Below, piece by piece: positions 1 through 10,503 of a stretch of 62,225 nucleotides of DNA. Within the stretch, counting starts at the first letter, position 1. Every line of letters begins with the position of its first letter. Origin of the DNA: an uncultured Legionellales bacterium (GTDB lineage Bacteria > Pseudomonadota > Gammaproteobacteria > JAHCLG01); the NCBI GenBank assembly GCA_964352985.1, contig CAYGUK010000006.1, forward strand, positions 1-62,225, given 5' to 3'. The translations under genes were made by a program, and so were the position numbers. A model generated the notes under the pieces. That model did not search any database. It worked only from the letters and a program-made list of their open reading frames with translations, and was not told where the DNA came from.

Positions 1-2
1 CT

Positions 3-2231
3 GTAAACCAATGTCTCGAACTAGGAAAGGAAGATATCTCGATTGCGACTAATTTAATGGAAGCAAGAATTTTATCAGGCGAAGTTAATATATTCGAACA
101 ATTACAACAATTGGTCGCACAACAAAACTTTTGGACTAGTAAAGATTTTTTTCAAGCCAAACTTGATGAACAAACAGAACGATATAAAAAATTTAATAAC
201 ACAGAATATAATTTAGAACCAAATATTAAAAATGGGCCGGGAGGATTACGTGACTTGCATGTCATTTCTTGGGTCGCCAAACGACATTTTCATACTCACA
301 CCTTAAAAGCATTAATCTCACCCGGGTTTATCACAGAAAAAGAATATAAAACCTTAATGCAGGCTGAACTATTTTTATGGAATGTTCGGTTTGCATTACA
401 TAGTATCGCTAATCGACCAGAAGATAGACTTTTATTTGATTATCAAAAACAATTAGCTAAATTATTTCTCTATGAAGATCAGCCGGGCAAACTGGGTATC
501 GAACAATTCATGCAACAGTTTTATCGTCATGCTGAAAAGGTAAGAAACTTAAATGAATTATTGCTACAACTATTTTTAGAAGTCATTGTTGAAGCCAATC
601 AATGTAGTCAAACAACACAAATTCATCCTAACTTTAATGTAGTTGATGATTATATCGAAGCAATTAAGCCCGATTTATTTTTAAATAATCCGAGTTCTTT
701 GTTTGAAATCCATTTAATTCTTGCAAAAAATTTAGCAATTAAAGGGGTCAGAGCAACAACAATTCGACAAATCCGCGAATCTCTACATAAAATTAATGAT
801 GACTTTCGAAAAGATGAAATTAATAAACAATTATTTCTGACTTTATTACAACAAAAATCAAATATGGTCGCACAATTAAGACGTATGAATCGTTATGGTA
901 TTTTAGGTCGCTATTTACCCGTTTTTGGTAAAGTCATCGGTCAAATGCAATATGATTTGTTTCACGCATATACAGTTGATCAACATACACTTATGGTATT
1001 AGGAAATATAGAATTATTTTTAAATCCACAAGAAAATAATAAATTTGCCTTGTGTAGTAACGTGATCAATAAAATTAAACATACTGAATTTGTTTATATC
1101 GCTGCTTTTTTTCATGATATTGCTAAGGGCCGCGGTGGTGATCATTCACAACTTGGCGCAATCGATATTGAAAAATTTTGTGCCGATCATCATATTAATG
1201 CAGAAGATACCATTGATTTATGTTGGCTAGTTGAACATCATTTATTAATGTCAACGACAGCTCAACGACGCGATATCTATGATGAGCATGTCATCGCCGA
1301 CTTCACTGATAAAGTTAAAACACCAGAACGCTTAAACATGCTTTACGTTTTAACCGTTGCTGATATTAAAGGCACCAATGATAAATTATGGAATGGCTGG
1401 AAAGATTCTATTTTAAAAGATTTATACCGGATTGCCCAAAATAAATTTTCCAAGCAACCCAGACACCAAGTCGAAAATATAAGACTGCGTAAACAAATTG
1501 CTTTAGATAATCTCACTGTTTTAGGTTTTAGTGAAGAAACTATTCAAGCACTGTGGCATGATTTAGGAAATAATTATTTTTTAAATAATGATTCAAAAGA
1601 AATTATTTGGCATAGCGAACATATTTTAAATCATCAAACACAAAAACCTTTAGTACTCATTAGCAATCACATTACTGAAGATTCCACCTCAGTATTTATT
1701 TATACTCAAGATAAAAAAGCCCTGTTTGCAACGGCAGTGTCTGTTTTTGGCAAATTATGTCTAACCATTCATGAAGCCCGAATTATTACCTCAAAAAATG
1801 GATATACTTTAGATTCATTTCAAATTTTAGATCAAAATAATCAACCGTTAATTGATGAAGAACAAATAGCCATTCTTAATCTGCAATTATGTAATGCGCT
1901 AGAGCGAGGTAAACCCGTTTCAATAAAACGTCGTCGCTCTCAACAATTAAAGCATTTTTCTTTACCGACAGAAATTCAATTTACCCTTGATTACAAAAAT
2001 AATAGAACTTATATGGAATTAACAACACTCGATCAACCCGGTTTATTAGCAAAAGTTGGTTTAGCATTTGTCGAACTTGGGATTAAAGTGCAAACTGCCA
2101 AAATCGTTACGTTGGGTGAGCGTGCTGAAGACGTATTTTACATTACGGATAAACATAACCAAGCAATTGAAGATCCTACCCTGCAAGATAAGCTAAAAAA
2201 TCGAATCATTGAATTACTCGCACAACCCTAA
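3..2231 (+). CDS. glnD: Bifunctional [protein-PII] uridylyltransferase/uridylyl-removing enzyme, 5'-truncated by the window edge
   Basis: Motifs LEPNIKNGPGGLRD, QYDLFHAYTVDQHT, HD domain HDIAKGRGGDHS, two C-terminal ACT domains (DQPGLLAKVG, TLGERAEDVFYI). The frame is open from position 3, upstream of the called ATG at 57. Confidence 0.97.
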   Translation, partial: VNQCLELGKEDISIATNLMEARILSGEVNIFEQLQQLVAQQNFWTSKDFFQAKLDEQTERYKKFNNTEYNLEPNIKNGPGGLRDLHVISWVAKRHFHTHTLKALISPGFITEKEYKTLMQAELFLWNVRFALHSIANRPEDRLLFDYQKQLAKLFLYEDQPGKLGIEQFMQQFYRHAEKVRNLNELLLQLFLEVIVEANQCSQTTQIHPNFNVVDDYIEAIKPDLFLNNPSSLFEIHLILAKNLAIKGVRATTIRQIRESLHKINDDFRKDEINKQLFLTLLQQKSNMVAQLRRMNRYGILGRYLPVFGKVIGQMQYDLFHAYTVDQHTLMVLGNIELFLNPQENNKFALCSNVINKIKHTEFVYIAAFFHDIAKGRGGDHSQLGAIDIEKFCADHHINAEDTIDLCWLVEHHLLMSTTAQRRDIYDEHVIADFTDKVKTPERLNMLYVLTVADIKGTNDKLWNGWKDSILKDLYRIAQNKFSKQPRHQVENIRLRKQIALDNLTVLGFSEETIQALWHDLGNNYFLNNDSKEIIWHSEHILNHQTQKPLVLISNHITEDSTSVFIYTQDKKALFATAVSVFGKLCLTIHEARIITSKNGYTLDSFQILDQNNQPLIDEEQIAILNLQLCNALERGKPVSIKRRRSQQLKHFSLPTEIQFTLDYKNNRTYMELTTLDQPGLLAKVGLAFVELGIKVQTAKIVTLGERAEDVFYITDKHNQAIEDPTLQDKLKNRIIELLAQP

Positions 2232-2380
2232 CGAAGTATTATTTGATAATACGCAGAGGTTAACATAGTACTACTTTATCGCCTGTTATTGTCAAGTAAT
2301 TCTTAGCTCACTATTCTCCACCACAGATTATTGTTTAACGAAGATTAAAATAAACGTCATTAAGTAAGGTATTAAAAATC

Positions 2381-2938
2381 ATGTTAATTATTATTCAAGT
2401 TATCGCCATTTTCTTTATTTCAGATTTGGTCGCAGGTTATGTTCATTGGTTTGAAGATAGTTATTTTTCAATTCACACGCCGATCATTGGTCCCTTATTT
2501 ATAGTGCCAAATTTAAATCATCATGAGCGACCCTTTGAATTTGTTCAAAAATCTTGGTGGGCAAGTTCGTGGGATTTATGTGTTATTAGCAGTGTATTGT
2601 TAACAGTTAGCATCATTTATCATTGGTGTAGTTGGCAATTAATTTTATTCCTTTTAATCAGCATCAATGCCAATCAAGTTCATAAATGGGCACATAGTTC
2701 TCGTCAACAATGTCCGCGAATCATTCAGTTTTTACAAAAAATAAATCTACTCCAATCACCTCGTCATCATGCAAAACATCATCGATACCCCTTTCGATCA
2801 CATTATTGTCCCATTACGCCATTTGTGAACCCTCTACTTGATAGCATGGGATTTTGGCGAGGAATAGAATGGTTTAATCAAAAATTATTTGGTGTCACTT
2901 GTCGAGAATTTGAAGAACGAAAAATTAATCACATTTAA
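2381..2938 (+). CDS. CarF/TMEM189/FAD4-like His-rich membrane lipid desaturase
   Basis: His boxes GYVHWFEDSY, NHHERP, NQVHKWAH, RHHAKHHR..HYC; hydrophobic segments. Confidence 0.85.
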   Translation: MLIIIQVIAIFFISDLVAGYVHWFEDSYFSIHTPIIGPLFIVPNLNHHERPFEFVQKSWWASSWDLCVISSVLLTVSIIYHWCSWQLILFLLISINANQVHKWAHSSRQQCPRIIQFLQKINLLQSPRHHAKHHRYPFRSHYCPITPFVNPLLDSMGFWRGIEWFNQKLFGVTCREFEERKINHI

Positions 2939-2956
2939 AAAAAACTTGACATAAAT

Positions 2957-2996
2957 TGATAGCCGTTTTCAATTTTTTTAACGGCTATCAGCTTTT
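2957..2996. terminator. Probable intrinsic terminator between convergent genes
   Basis: 11-bp perfect inverted repeat tgatagccgtt (2957-2967) / aacggctatca (2980-2990), followed by gctttt. Confidence 0.65.
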
Positions 2997-3009
2997 AACT
3001 TTTTGTCAT

Positions 3010-3747
3010 CTAAAGTGCTGTTTCGAAATCAAGATTTGATTTTTTACTGTTAAACTGTTGATTGCGCCATTCCACTTCTTTGAAGCGTTGCTCTAATTGA
3101 AAATAGTCATAGAAAACTTGCAACTGTTCTAAATCAATTTGCGCACTCAAGGTTTTATTTAATACTTCAGTATAAGCTTGCTGCAGAGCTAGATACGCTG
3201 TTGACGATGATGTATTTTTTTGTTCCCCCATTGCTTGTAGTTTCTTTTTTAATATTTGTATTTGTAAGCGGTCTTGTTCTAAGATTGATTTTGCTTGATG
3301 AAATTGTTCCCGCACTTCTTTTGGTGATTGCGTCATCAATGACGTATCCAACGCACTTAATGAATAGTAACGATTTTTCTGAATAAGATTAAGAATCTCT
3401 AATCCACGTTGTAATGCGTCTACTTGATCTGCTAAAAATGTTATTCTGGCATCGAGTGATTTATGATGTCGATCACTTTTAAGTAAGGGATAAATACTCT
3501 GCATCACATCTGATTTTTCCAACAAACTATTTGTTTGAATCATGGTGTGATTACCCGTTAAAAACACCACTAACTCTAAACAATTTAATAATCGATTTTC
3601 AGCATGTTGAATTTTATCACTTAAGGATTCATTAACTTCATACCAATGTTCAGACGTTGCCGTGAGAGCGATTTCTAATTGTGTTAAATGTTGGTTGATG
3701 GTGACCAAGGTTTCGTTAAGTTGTTGAAATGTAATTTCGTTCTTCAT
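3010..3747 (-). CDS. Hypothetical coiled-coil protein
   Basis: 245-aa ORF, rich in L/Q/E heptad-like runs; no family motif recognised. Confidence 0.7.
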   Translation of the reverse strand: MKNEITFQQLNETLVTINQHLTQLEIALTATSEHWYEVNESLSDKIQHAENRLLNCLELVVFLTGNHTMIQTNSLLEKSDVMQSIYPLLKSDRHHKSLDARITFLADQVDALQRGLEILNLIQKNRYYSLSALDTSLMTQSPKEVREQFHQAKSILEQDRLQIQILKKKLQAMGEQKNTSSSTAYLALQQAYTEVLNKTLSAQIDLEQLQVFYDYFQLEQRFKEVEWRNQQFNSKKSNLDFETAL

Positions 3748-4080
3748 TGTTGTGATACCATTATCGTTATAAGTTATATTAATTATGGCACATGTTATGC
3801 ATTATTCCAGTTTGTAACTTATTGATTTCTACATTCTCATAGTCAGTTTTCTGCTTCTTTTAATTTCTAAGGCTAACTAATTGAATCTCGGAAAGATAAA
3901 ATTTCCATGAATTTTTTTCATCATCAACGTGAAAATTCGCCATTTAATTTTTGAAAATGCAAATGGTATATTATAACAATCGAATCTAACCCACCGTTTT
4001 ACACTGCTAAATAAGGAACTTTATCTTGATACTGGAAGCATCGGCTAACATGACGGTTTAATTATTTTAAGGTGATATAA

Positions 4081-4923
4081 ATGTTTTCAGCAGAAGATAG
4101 AGAAGTAATAGAAACAATTTTTAAAACAATGAAGTTTCCGCATGAAGGTAAGCTAGAGGATCAATTACAATGGATTCATGATCATCGTAAACTCCTTGTT
4201 GAGGTTAAAAGAGTACCAGCAGGAAAAACAACAATACTAATGCCATCAATGTCACCTCAAAATCATGCTTTAGTTGCCATTTTACATGAAAAAATTGGGG
4301 AAGAAGGTATAACTAAACTCCAAACTGAAGATAGATTCAAAAGTCGCTTAAGCGACCTATTGTATATGTTACCACTTACTAAAGTTTTAACTTCTCAATC
4401 ATCCAGTCAATCAAGTTATGCTGGTATGAGAGAGGTCTTAACAACATCTCAACAAGAAGAACTAGAAAAGAAAAAAGAAGCAGAATACGAAGATACCCGA
4501 AGAGCATTTAAAGAAAGTTTTAAGACCTTGATGTCAGGAATTGAATTAGATGAAGGCGATACAGCTTTATCTGAATTATTTGAACATTTATGGGAAGCAA
4601 TGGATGAAAATGGTTTTACCAATTTTTTTGAACAAAATATTGGTCAAAGGGTAGAAACACTTGAGGTATTTGCCGGAAAAGCCGAAATAGAATTTCTAAT
4701 TCCACAATCATTCCGACAACAAAATAGAAAATTATGTTCAGAATTTATAAAACGAGCATTAGGAAACAATCCAGATCGAATTAAACAATTAGAAGGTACT
4801 CACATGTATCAATCATTGATATCGCATTCCGAACTGCAGCCGCCACAACAAAGGAGTATAACAACACATTCTCCTGACGCTGTCGATAGTAGCGCCGTGA
4901 GTTATAAATCAGTAAAAAAATGA
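4081..4923 (+). CDS. Hypothetical protein (effector-like orphan)
   Basis: 280-aa charged, helical ORF with RBS aaggtg; Ser-rich low-complexity patches and tail. Confidence 0.7.
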   Translation: MFSAEDREVIETIFKTMKFPHEGKLEDQLQWIHDHRKLLVEVKRVPAGKTTILMPSMSPQNHALVAILHEKIGEEGITKLQTEDRFKSRLSDLLYMLPLTKVLTSQSSSQSSYAGMREVLTTSQQEELEKKKEAEYEDTRRAFKESFKTLMSGIELDEGDTALSELFEHLWEAMDENGFTNFFEQNIGQRVETLEVFAGKAEIEFLIPQSFRQQNRKLCSEFIKRALGNNPDRIKQLEGTHMYQSLISHSELQPPQQRSITTHSPDAVDSSAVSYKSVKK

Positions 4924-4932
4924 AAGAAAATC

Positions 4933-5985
4933 TCAACGAAACCCACGTTGAATATCATTTAACGCCTCACTGCCTGGACATAACGCTCCCATATCAAGTT
5001 CTCGCAGTGGGGTTTTTGTGGTATTCATTAATCCATGCATGTCGGGTTGTTTTTCATCGATAAATAGCAAACCTGTTGCTAAACGATTTTTCATTAAATT
5101 TTCCATGACATGTTGATGCGCTTTTTCGCGATTGGTGGGGTCGTAAGTTTTATCAACTTTATGGAGTAATAAAAAACTTCCATCATGTAATTGCACTTTG
5201 GTGGTTGTGCCTTCATCATAATCTGCCTTAATTTTTTCTTTGACAGGAATATAATCTGTCATCACGACTTCTTGAATCGCTTCTCTCACACCATGATAAC
5301 TTAAGGCTGAACTATCATGATTATTAAACGTGACACATGGCGAATAAACATCAAGTAGCGCAAATCCCTCGTGTAATAATCCCGCTTTCATCAAAGGCAC
5401 AAGTTGGGTTTTATCACCGGAAAAACTGCGCCCGACAAAACTGGCGCCTAAATTCAAGGCTAATAAAACGGGATCGATATTATTAAATAAATTAACCAAT
5501 CCTTTTTTCGTTGTCGCCCCCTGTGATGAGGAAGGTGAAAATTGTCCTTTCGTTAAACCATATACCCCATTATTTGCAATAATATATAAAACATTCACAT
5601 TGCGTCGAATTGCATGTGAGAGTTGACCAAGCCCAATCGCCAATGAATCACCGTCACCTGAAATATTCACGTATTTAAAATCTTTATACGCCGCATTTGC
5701 CCCTGTTGTTATCGCAGGTGATCGCCCATGAGCAGTATTAAACCCTTGTGCTTTTTGAACGAAATAAGCAGGCATAATAGAAGAACAACCAATTCCACTT
5801 ATTTTAACAATATGATGCGGTGTGATAGAGAGTTCATAAAATGCTTGAATTAAGGCATAAGCAATCGAATCATGCCCACAACCCGCACACATCGTCGACA
5901 CCAAACCTTCATAATCTTGTGGTAATAAACCTAATTCATTTTTTGGGGTTTTACTGTGAACCACTTCAGGGCGTTTAAATGTCAC
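4933..5985 (-). CDS. 2-oxoacid:ferredoxin oxidoreductase beta subunit (TPP-binding)
   Basis: STMCAGCGH, SGIGCSS, HGR, GDGDS..NNGVYGLTKGQFS, SPCVTFN. Start placed at GTG 5985 after RBS aaggag. Confidence 0.93.
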   Translation of the reverse strand: MTFKRPEVVHSKTPKNELGLLPQDYEGLVSTMCAGCGHDSIAYALIQAFYELSITPHHIVKISGIGCSSIMPAYFVQKAQGFNTAHGRSPAITTGANAAYKDFKYVNISGDGDSLAIGLGQLSHAIRRNVNVLYIIANNGVYGLTKGQFSPSSSQGATTKKGLVNLFNNIDPVLLALNLGASFVGRSFSGDKTQLVPLMKAGLLHEGFALLDVYSPCVTFNNHDSSALSYHGVREAIQEVVMTDYIPVKEKIKADYDEGTTTKVQLHDGSFLLLHKVDKTYDPTNREKAHQHVMENLMKNRLATGLLFIDEKQPDMHGLMNTTKTPLRELDMGALCPGSEALNDIQRGFR

Positions 5986-7789
5986 AAGGAACTCCTTCTT
6001 CATGGTGTAAAATTTGTGGCAACACATCTTCCGTACTTATAGGCATGCTGTTATATTGTAATATAGCAATTAATTGTTGCTTCGTCGCATTCGATTCCAG
6101 TAATAATAAAGATCGTAATTGCGCATCTCGATTTTGTTCTACTACATAAATAGTATCATGTTGTGAAATAAAATCTTCAACTTCTTCACAAAATGGAAAA
6201 GCACGAATACGCATATAATTTAAATGTATATTTTTTTCACCTAATAGATATAACACTTCTTGAATCGCAATATCACTACTACCGACGGCAATAATGGCAT
6301 GTCGATTTTTTTTATCATATTGAATAATAGGTTTTGGTACATGACTTTTAATGGTTTCAAATTTTTTCGTTAACCGATTCATAAAATTGAAATAAGTCGT
6401 TGGTTCTTCTGTTCTAAAGCCCAATTCATTGTGCAAAGTTCCACGTGTCAAAAACGCACCACGTTCGGTAATACCCGGTAATAAACGTGGGCAAATACCA
6501 TCACCATCTCTATCGATATAACGTCCAATTTTTTCTAACGTGTTAATTTCGTCAGTTGATAAATGTTTACCGCGTTGATGTTGGTAATTATCATCAAACG
6601 TTAATTCATCACAAATCCACGCATTCATACCAATATCCAAATCACTCAACACAAACACTGGGGACTGGATCAATTCCGCTAAGTCAAATGCCGCCAAACT
6701 CATTTCAAAACATTCACGCGGATCATGGGGAAATAATACGACATGTTTTGTATCTCCATGAGAACAATACGCACAAGTCAAAATATCACCTTGTTGAGTA
6801 CGTGTGGGCAATCCTGTGGAAGGCCCACCACGTTGAATATCAAAAATGACCATGGGAACTTCAGCAAAATAACCGAGACCAATTAATTCACTCATTAACG
6901 AAATACCAGGACCACTGGTAGACGTAAATGCTCTAACACCATTCCAACCAGCACCAAGCGTAATACCAATCGCCGCCATTTCATCTTCGGCTTGAATAAA
7001 GCAAAAATTATTTTTCTTCGCTTCAGGATCAACACGATATTTTTTACAATATTTTTCAAACGCATCCATTAATGACGTCGACGGTGTAATTGGATACCAC
7101 GCGGCAACTGTCGCTCCCGCATAAACGCAACCAATCGCAGCGGCGGTATTTCCGTCGATTAAAATTTTATTTTTTAACAAATCACATTTTTGTAATTTTG
7201 TGGGTAAAGGATAAGATAAGTTTTCCACAACATAGTCGAAACCTAATTGTAATGCTGCAAAGTTTTTATCAATTAAAGATTCTTTACCGCGATATATTGT
7301 TTTAACTTCGTTTTTCACTAATTCTAAATCAATGGCAAGTAACGCCGCGATTGCCCCCACATAAACAATGTTTTTCATTAAAATCGCTTCACGGCCAACA
7401 TGAAAGTGCGCGGCACATAATGAAGATATCGGCACACCGATGACATTAATATCTTGACGCGTTAATTGCGCCATCGGCCAAGAATTATCATATAAATAAT
7501 AGCCACCAGGTTTTACTTCTTTTTCATCTTCTAATAATGTTTGCGCATTCATCGCAACCATTAAATCAAATTGATTGCGTCTTGCGACAAAGCCTTTTTC
7601 ATTCGCCCGTATTTCATACCATGTGGGTCTACCTTGAATATTGGAAGGAAATAAATTTTTTGTCGAAAAAGGCACGCCCATACGCATGATGGATTTCGCC
7701 AATAAATTATTTGCACTTGCTGAACCCGAACCATTCACTGTGGCAATTTTAATTGAAATGTCATTAATTGATGGCGTAATTTCAGTCAT
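5975..7789 (-). CDS. 2-oxoacid:acceptor oxidoreductase alpha subunit (fused gamma-alpha)
   Basis: NGSGSASAN, YPITPSTS, QAEDEMAA, TSGPGISLM, QRGGPSTGLPT. Start placed at ATG 7789. Confidence 0.93.
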   Translation of the reverse strand: MTEITPSINDISIKIATVNGSGSASANNLLAKSIMRMGVPFSTKNLFPSNIQGRPTWYEIRANEKGFVARRNQFDLMVAMNAQTLLEDEKEVKPGGYYLYDNSWPMAQLTRQDINVIGVPISSLCAAHFHVGREAILMKNIVYVGAIAALLAIDLELVKNEVKTIYRGKESLIDKNFAALQLGFDYVVENLSYPLPTKLQKCDLLKNKILIDGNTAAAIGCVYAGATVAAWYPITPSTSLMDAFEKYCKKYRVDPEAKKNNFCFIQAEDEMAAIGITLGAGWNGVRAFTSTSGPGISLMSELIGLGYFAEVPMVIFDIQRGGPSTGLPTRTQQGDILTCAYCSHGDTKHVVLFPHDPRECFEMSLAAFDLAELIQSPVFVLSDLDIGMNAWICDELTFDDNYQHQRGKHLSTDEINTLEKIGRYIDRDGDGICPRLLPGITERGAFLTRGTLHNELGFRTEEPTTYFNFMNRLTKKFETIKSHVPKPIIQYDKKNRHAIIAVGSSDIAIQEVLYLLGEKNIHLNYMRIRAFPFCEEVEDFISQHDTIYVVEQNRDAQLRSLLLLESNATKQQLIAILQYNSMPISTEDVLPQILHHEEGVPCDI

Positions 7790-9563
7790 TATTATAGTCC
7801 TTGGCAAGTGGTGTCTTTAATAAAAACTTTTGCATATCCCAAGCACCTGTCGGACAGCGCTCAGCACATAAACCGCAATGAACACAAACATCTTCATCTT
7901 TTAGCATCACACGTCCTGTTTGTTTTAATGGTTCACTCACTAACATCGCTTGTTGGCGATTTTCAGCAGGAATTAAAAATTGCTGACGTAAATTATCTTC
8001 TTCATCATTTTTAGTAATAGTTAAACAATCCATAGGGCAAATATCGATACACGCATCACACTCAATACATTCTGGCGCATCAAAAACTGTTTGCATGTCG
8101 CAATTTAAACAACGCTCTACTTCTCGTTTAACTTGTTCAGGCGTTAAGCCTTCTTCAACTTCAACTTGAATATTATTAAAACGTTTTTCTAAGGCAACAT
8201 GCGTCATTTTCTGACGACGAAATTGATCATATTGACTGGAATAACTCCATTGGTGAATGCCCATTTTCCGCGACGTCATTGAAAAATCATCCGCGATACG
8301 TTCGGTTACAGCGCGCCCATGACAAAATTGATGAATCGATATTGCGGCTTGATGCCCATGCTCCACAGCCCAAATAATATTTTCTGGTCCAAAAGCGGCA
8401 TCACCACCAACAAAAACATGCGGCAAACTCGTTGCGAATGTTTTTTTATCAACAATCGGCATATCCCATTCATTAAAATCAATACCAATATCGCGCTCGA
8501 TCCAAGGGAATGCATTGTCTTGGCCAATTGCTAAAATGACATCATCACAAGGAATAATCACTTCATCAATTTTTTTACTCTGTAATTTATTATTTTCATC
8601 TTGTTCATAAGACATCACCGCAAAGCGCATTCCGACTAAGCGACCATTATCGATAATAAATTCTTCTGGCGAATGATTTTCAATAATGTCAATTTGTTCT
8701 TCTTCAGCATCTTCCAATTCCCATGGTGAGGCTTTAAAAAATTCACGGGATTTACGTGCCATAACTTTAACTTGTTTACCACCTAAACGCTTAGAAGTGC
8801 GACAACAATCCATCGCCGTATTACCCACACCAATGACTAATACTTTTTCGCCAATTTTATTAATGTGACCAAAAGCGACGGACTCAAGCCAAGTGATCCC
8901 AATATGAATATTGTCACTGCCTTCTTTTCTACCAGGTAAATTAAGTTCTTTACCTTTAGGTGCACCGGTACCAATAAAAATTGCATTAAAATTTTCACGA
9001 AGTAATTTTGCCATTGAGGTGATGGGCGAATCATAACGAATATCAACACCCATGTTGATGATTTGAGAAATTTCATCTTGCAACACTTCACGCGGTAAAC
9101 GAAATTGGGGAATATTAGAAAGCATTAATCCCCCTGCTTCTTTTTGCGCTTCAAAAATCGTTACTTCATATCCTATCGGCATTAAATCGTTCGCGACTGT
9201 TAATGATGCAGGACCAGCACCAATACACGCAATTTTAAAACCATTCTTTTGCATAGGAATTTTAGGTAATTGCGAAGAAATATCTTCACGATTATCTGCA
9301 GCAACTCTTTTTAAACGACAAATTGCAACGGCTTGCCCATCAACACGAGTGCGACGACAAGCAGGTTCACAAGGTCTGTCACATACTCGTCCCAAGATAC
9401 TCGGAAATACATTTGATTGACGATTTAATAAATAGGCTTCGGTATATTGGCCAAGTGCGATAAGTCGAATATAGTTTGGCACGTCAGTATGTGCGGGACA
9501 TGCCCATTGGCAATCAACCACTTTATGATAATAATCTGGATCGCGAGTATCGGTTGGTTTCAT
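7782..9563 (-). CDS. GltD-like FAD/NAD(P)-dependent oxidoreductase with C-terminal ferredoxin domain
   Basis: CQWACP, GRVCDRPCEPAC, GAGPASL, GVGNTAMD, C-terminal CIECDACIDICP and CVHCGLCAERCP. Confidence 0.92.
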   Translation of the reverse strand: MKPTDTRDPDYYHKVVDCQWACPAHTDVPNYIRLIALGQYTEAYLLNRQSNVFPSILGRVCDRPCEPACRRTRVDGQAVAICRLKRVAADNREDISSQLPKIPMQKNGFKIACIGAGPASLTVANDLMPIGYEVTIFEAQKEAGGLMLSNIPQFRLPREVLQDEISQIINMGVDIRYDSPITSMAKLLRENFNAIFIGTGAPKGKELNLPGRKEGSDNIHIGITWLESVAFGHINKIGEKVLVIGVGNTAMDCCRTSKRLGGKQVKVMARKSREFFKASPWELEDAEEEQIDIIENHSPEEFIIDNGRLVGMRFAVMSYEQDENNKLQSKKIDEVIIPCDDVILAIGQDNAFPWIERDIGIDFNEWDMPIVDKKTFATSLPHVFVGGDAAFGPENIIWAVEHGHQAAISIHQFCHGRAVTERIADDFSMTSRKMGIHQWSYSSQYDQFRRQKMTHVALEKRFNNIQVEVEEGLTPEQVKREVERCLNCDMQTVFDAPECIECDACIDICPMDCLTITKNDEEDNLRQQFLIPAENRQQAMLVSEPLKQTGRVMLKDEDVCVHCGLCAERCPTGAWDMQKFLLKTPLAKDYNND

Positions 9564-9682
9564 AGATAGCGCCTTAATCCCTTATTTGTTTGCAATTATT
9601 ATGTATAGGCGTAATGAATTCAAGCGATAAATAAAAAATGAGTCGTCAATCGGTTAGAAATAAATTTTGTCTCATAAAAAAT

Positions 9683-10036
9683 TTATTTCTCCGCCACAAT
9701 AAAAACACAAGACCGAGGTTTATCATTCACCGCTCGACTAATATGGCCTTGCCCAGTTAAATCATTTAGTAAAACAATATCGCCCGGACCAAATCGTCTC
9801 ACTGTGCCATTGCCAATTTCAATATCGACTTCACCCTTAAGCATTATCATATATTGTTTACATGGCGCATTATGCCAATCATAGTGATAATCTTTTTTTG
9901 TTTCGCGCAAAATCAGTTTATTCACGGCAAGTTCTGAACTTAAAAAGCCAATATTTCCTTGATCATGCAAAGGCACAGAAATTTCTTCAAAATGAGATTG
10001 ATTATCCGAACCGGTATAAAGATGTGTGATATTCAT
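9683..10036 (-). CDS. Cupin-domain protein
   Basis: WHNAP..Q..I.L.G.V.IE..G..R.FGPGD..L..D.TG.GH cupin pattern; ATG 10036 overlaps the upstream stop (ATGA). Confidence 0.8.
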   Translation of the reverse strand: MNITHLYTGSDNQSHFEEISVPLHDQGNIGFLSSELAVNKLILRETKKDYHYDWHNAPCKQYMIMLKGEVDIEIGNGTVRRFGPGDIVLLNDLTGQGHISRAVNDKPRSCVFIVAEK

Positions 10037-10503
10037 TTTGTTGACTTTCTCCATTTTTTGCTGGGAACAAGCTTAGCTTTATTTATTTTAATAAAAACTC
10101 GCAATAGACGACAGTGATTTTTATTTTGTGCATTTGTTAAAACAAATGCTGAACGATGATAAGGTCGTTGTTGAAAATGAAAATTTAATATTATCATAAA
10201 CGGATGAATAAAACTTTCACCACAAAGTTGTGCGATTTCGCATCGTTGATTTGAAAATTCTATTATCCATTTATCATCGACTAAATATTTTATTTTTACA
10301 ATTGATTGGTGGTGAGTAAATAAATAATATAACTTTAATTGTTTGTGAAAATAAAAAATAATAAATACCCATAAACTAATTTTTATATAGAGAGGTAAAT
10401 CAAGGATAAAAACTATAATGCTTCCACCCAAATGACTGAATATAAGAAAAATTAGAATTTGCCAATGCGATTTTATGTGAAGCTCAAGTTGTGTTAACGC
10501 CAC
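10033..10503 (-). CDS. ygfX: YgfX/CptA-like membrane protein
   Basis: Two N-terminal TM segments, C-terminal RLLRVFI motif, position directly downstream of sdhE. Confidence 0.7.
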   Translation of the reverse strand: MALTQLELHIKSHWQILIFLIFSHLGGSIIVFILDLPLYIKISLWVFIIFYFHKQLKLYYLFTHHQSIVKIKYLVDDKWIIEFSNQRCEIAQLCGESFIHPFMIILNFHFQQRPYHRSAFVLTNAQNKNHCRLLRVFIKINKAKLVPSKKWRKSTK

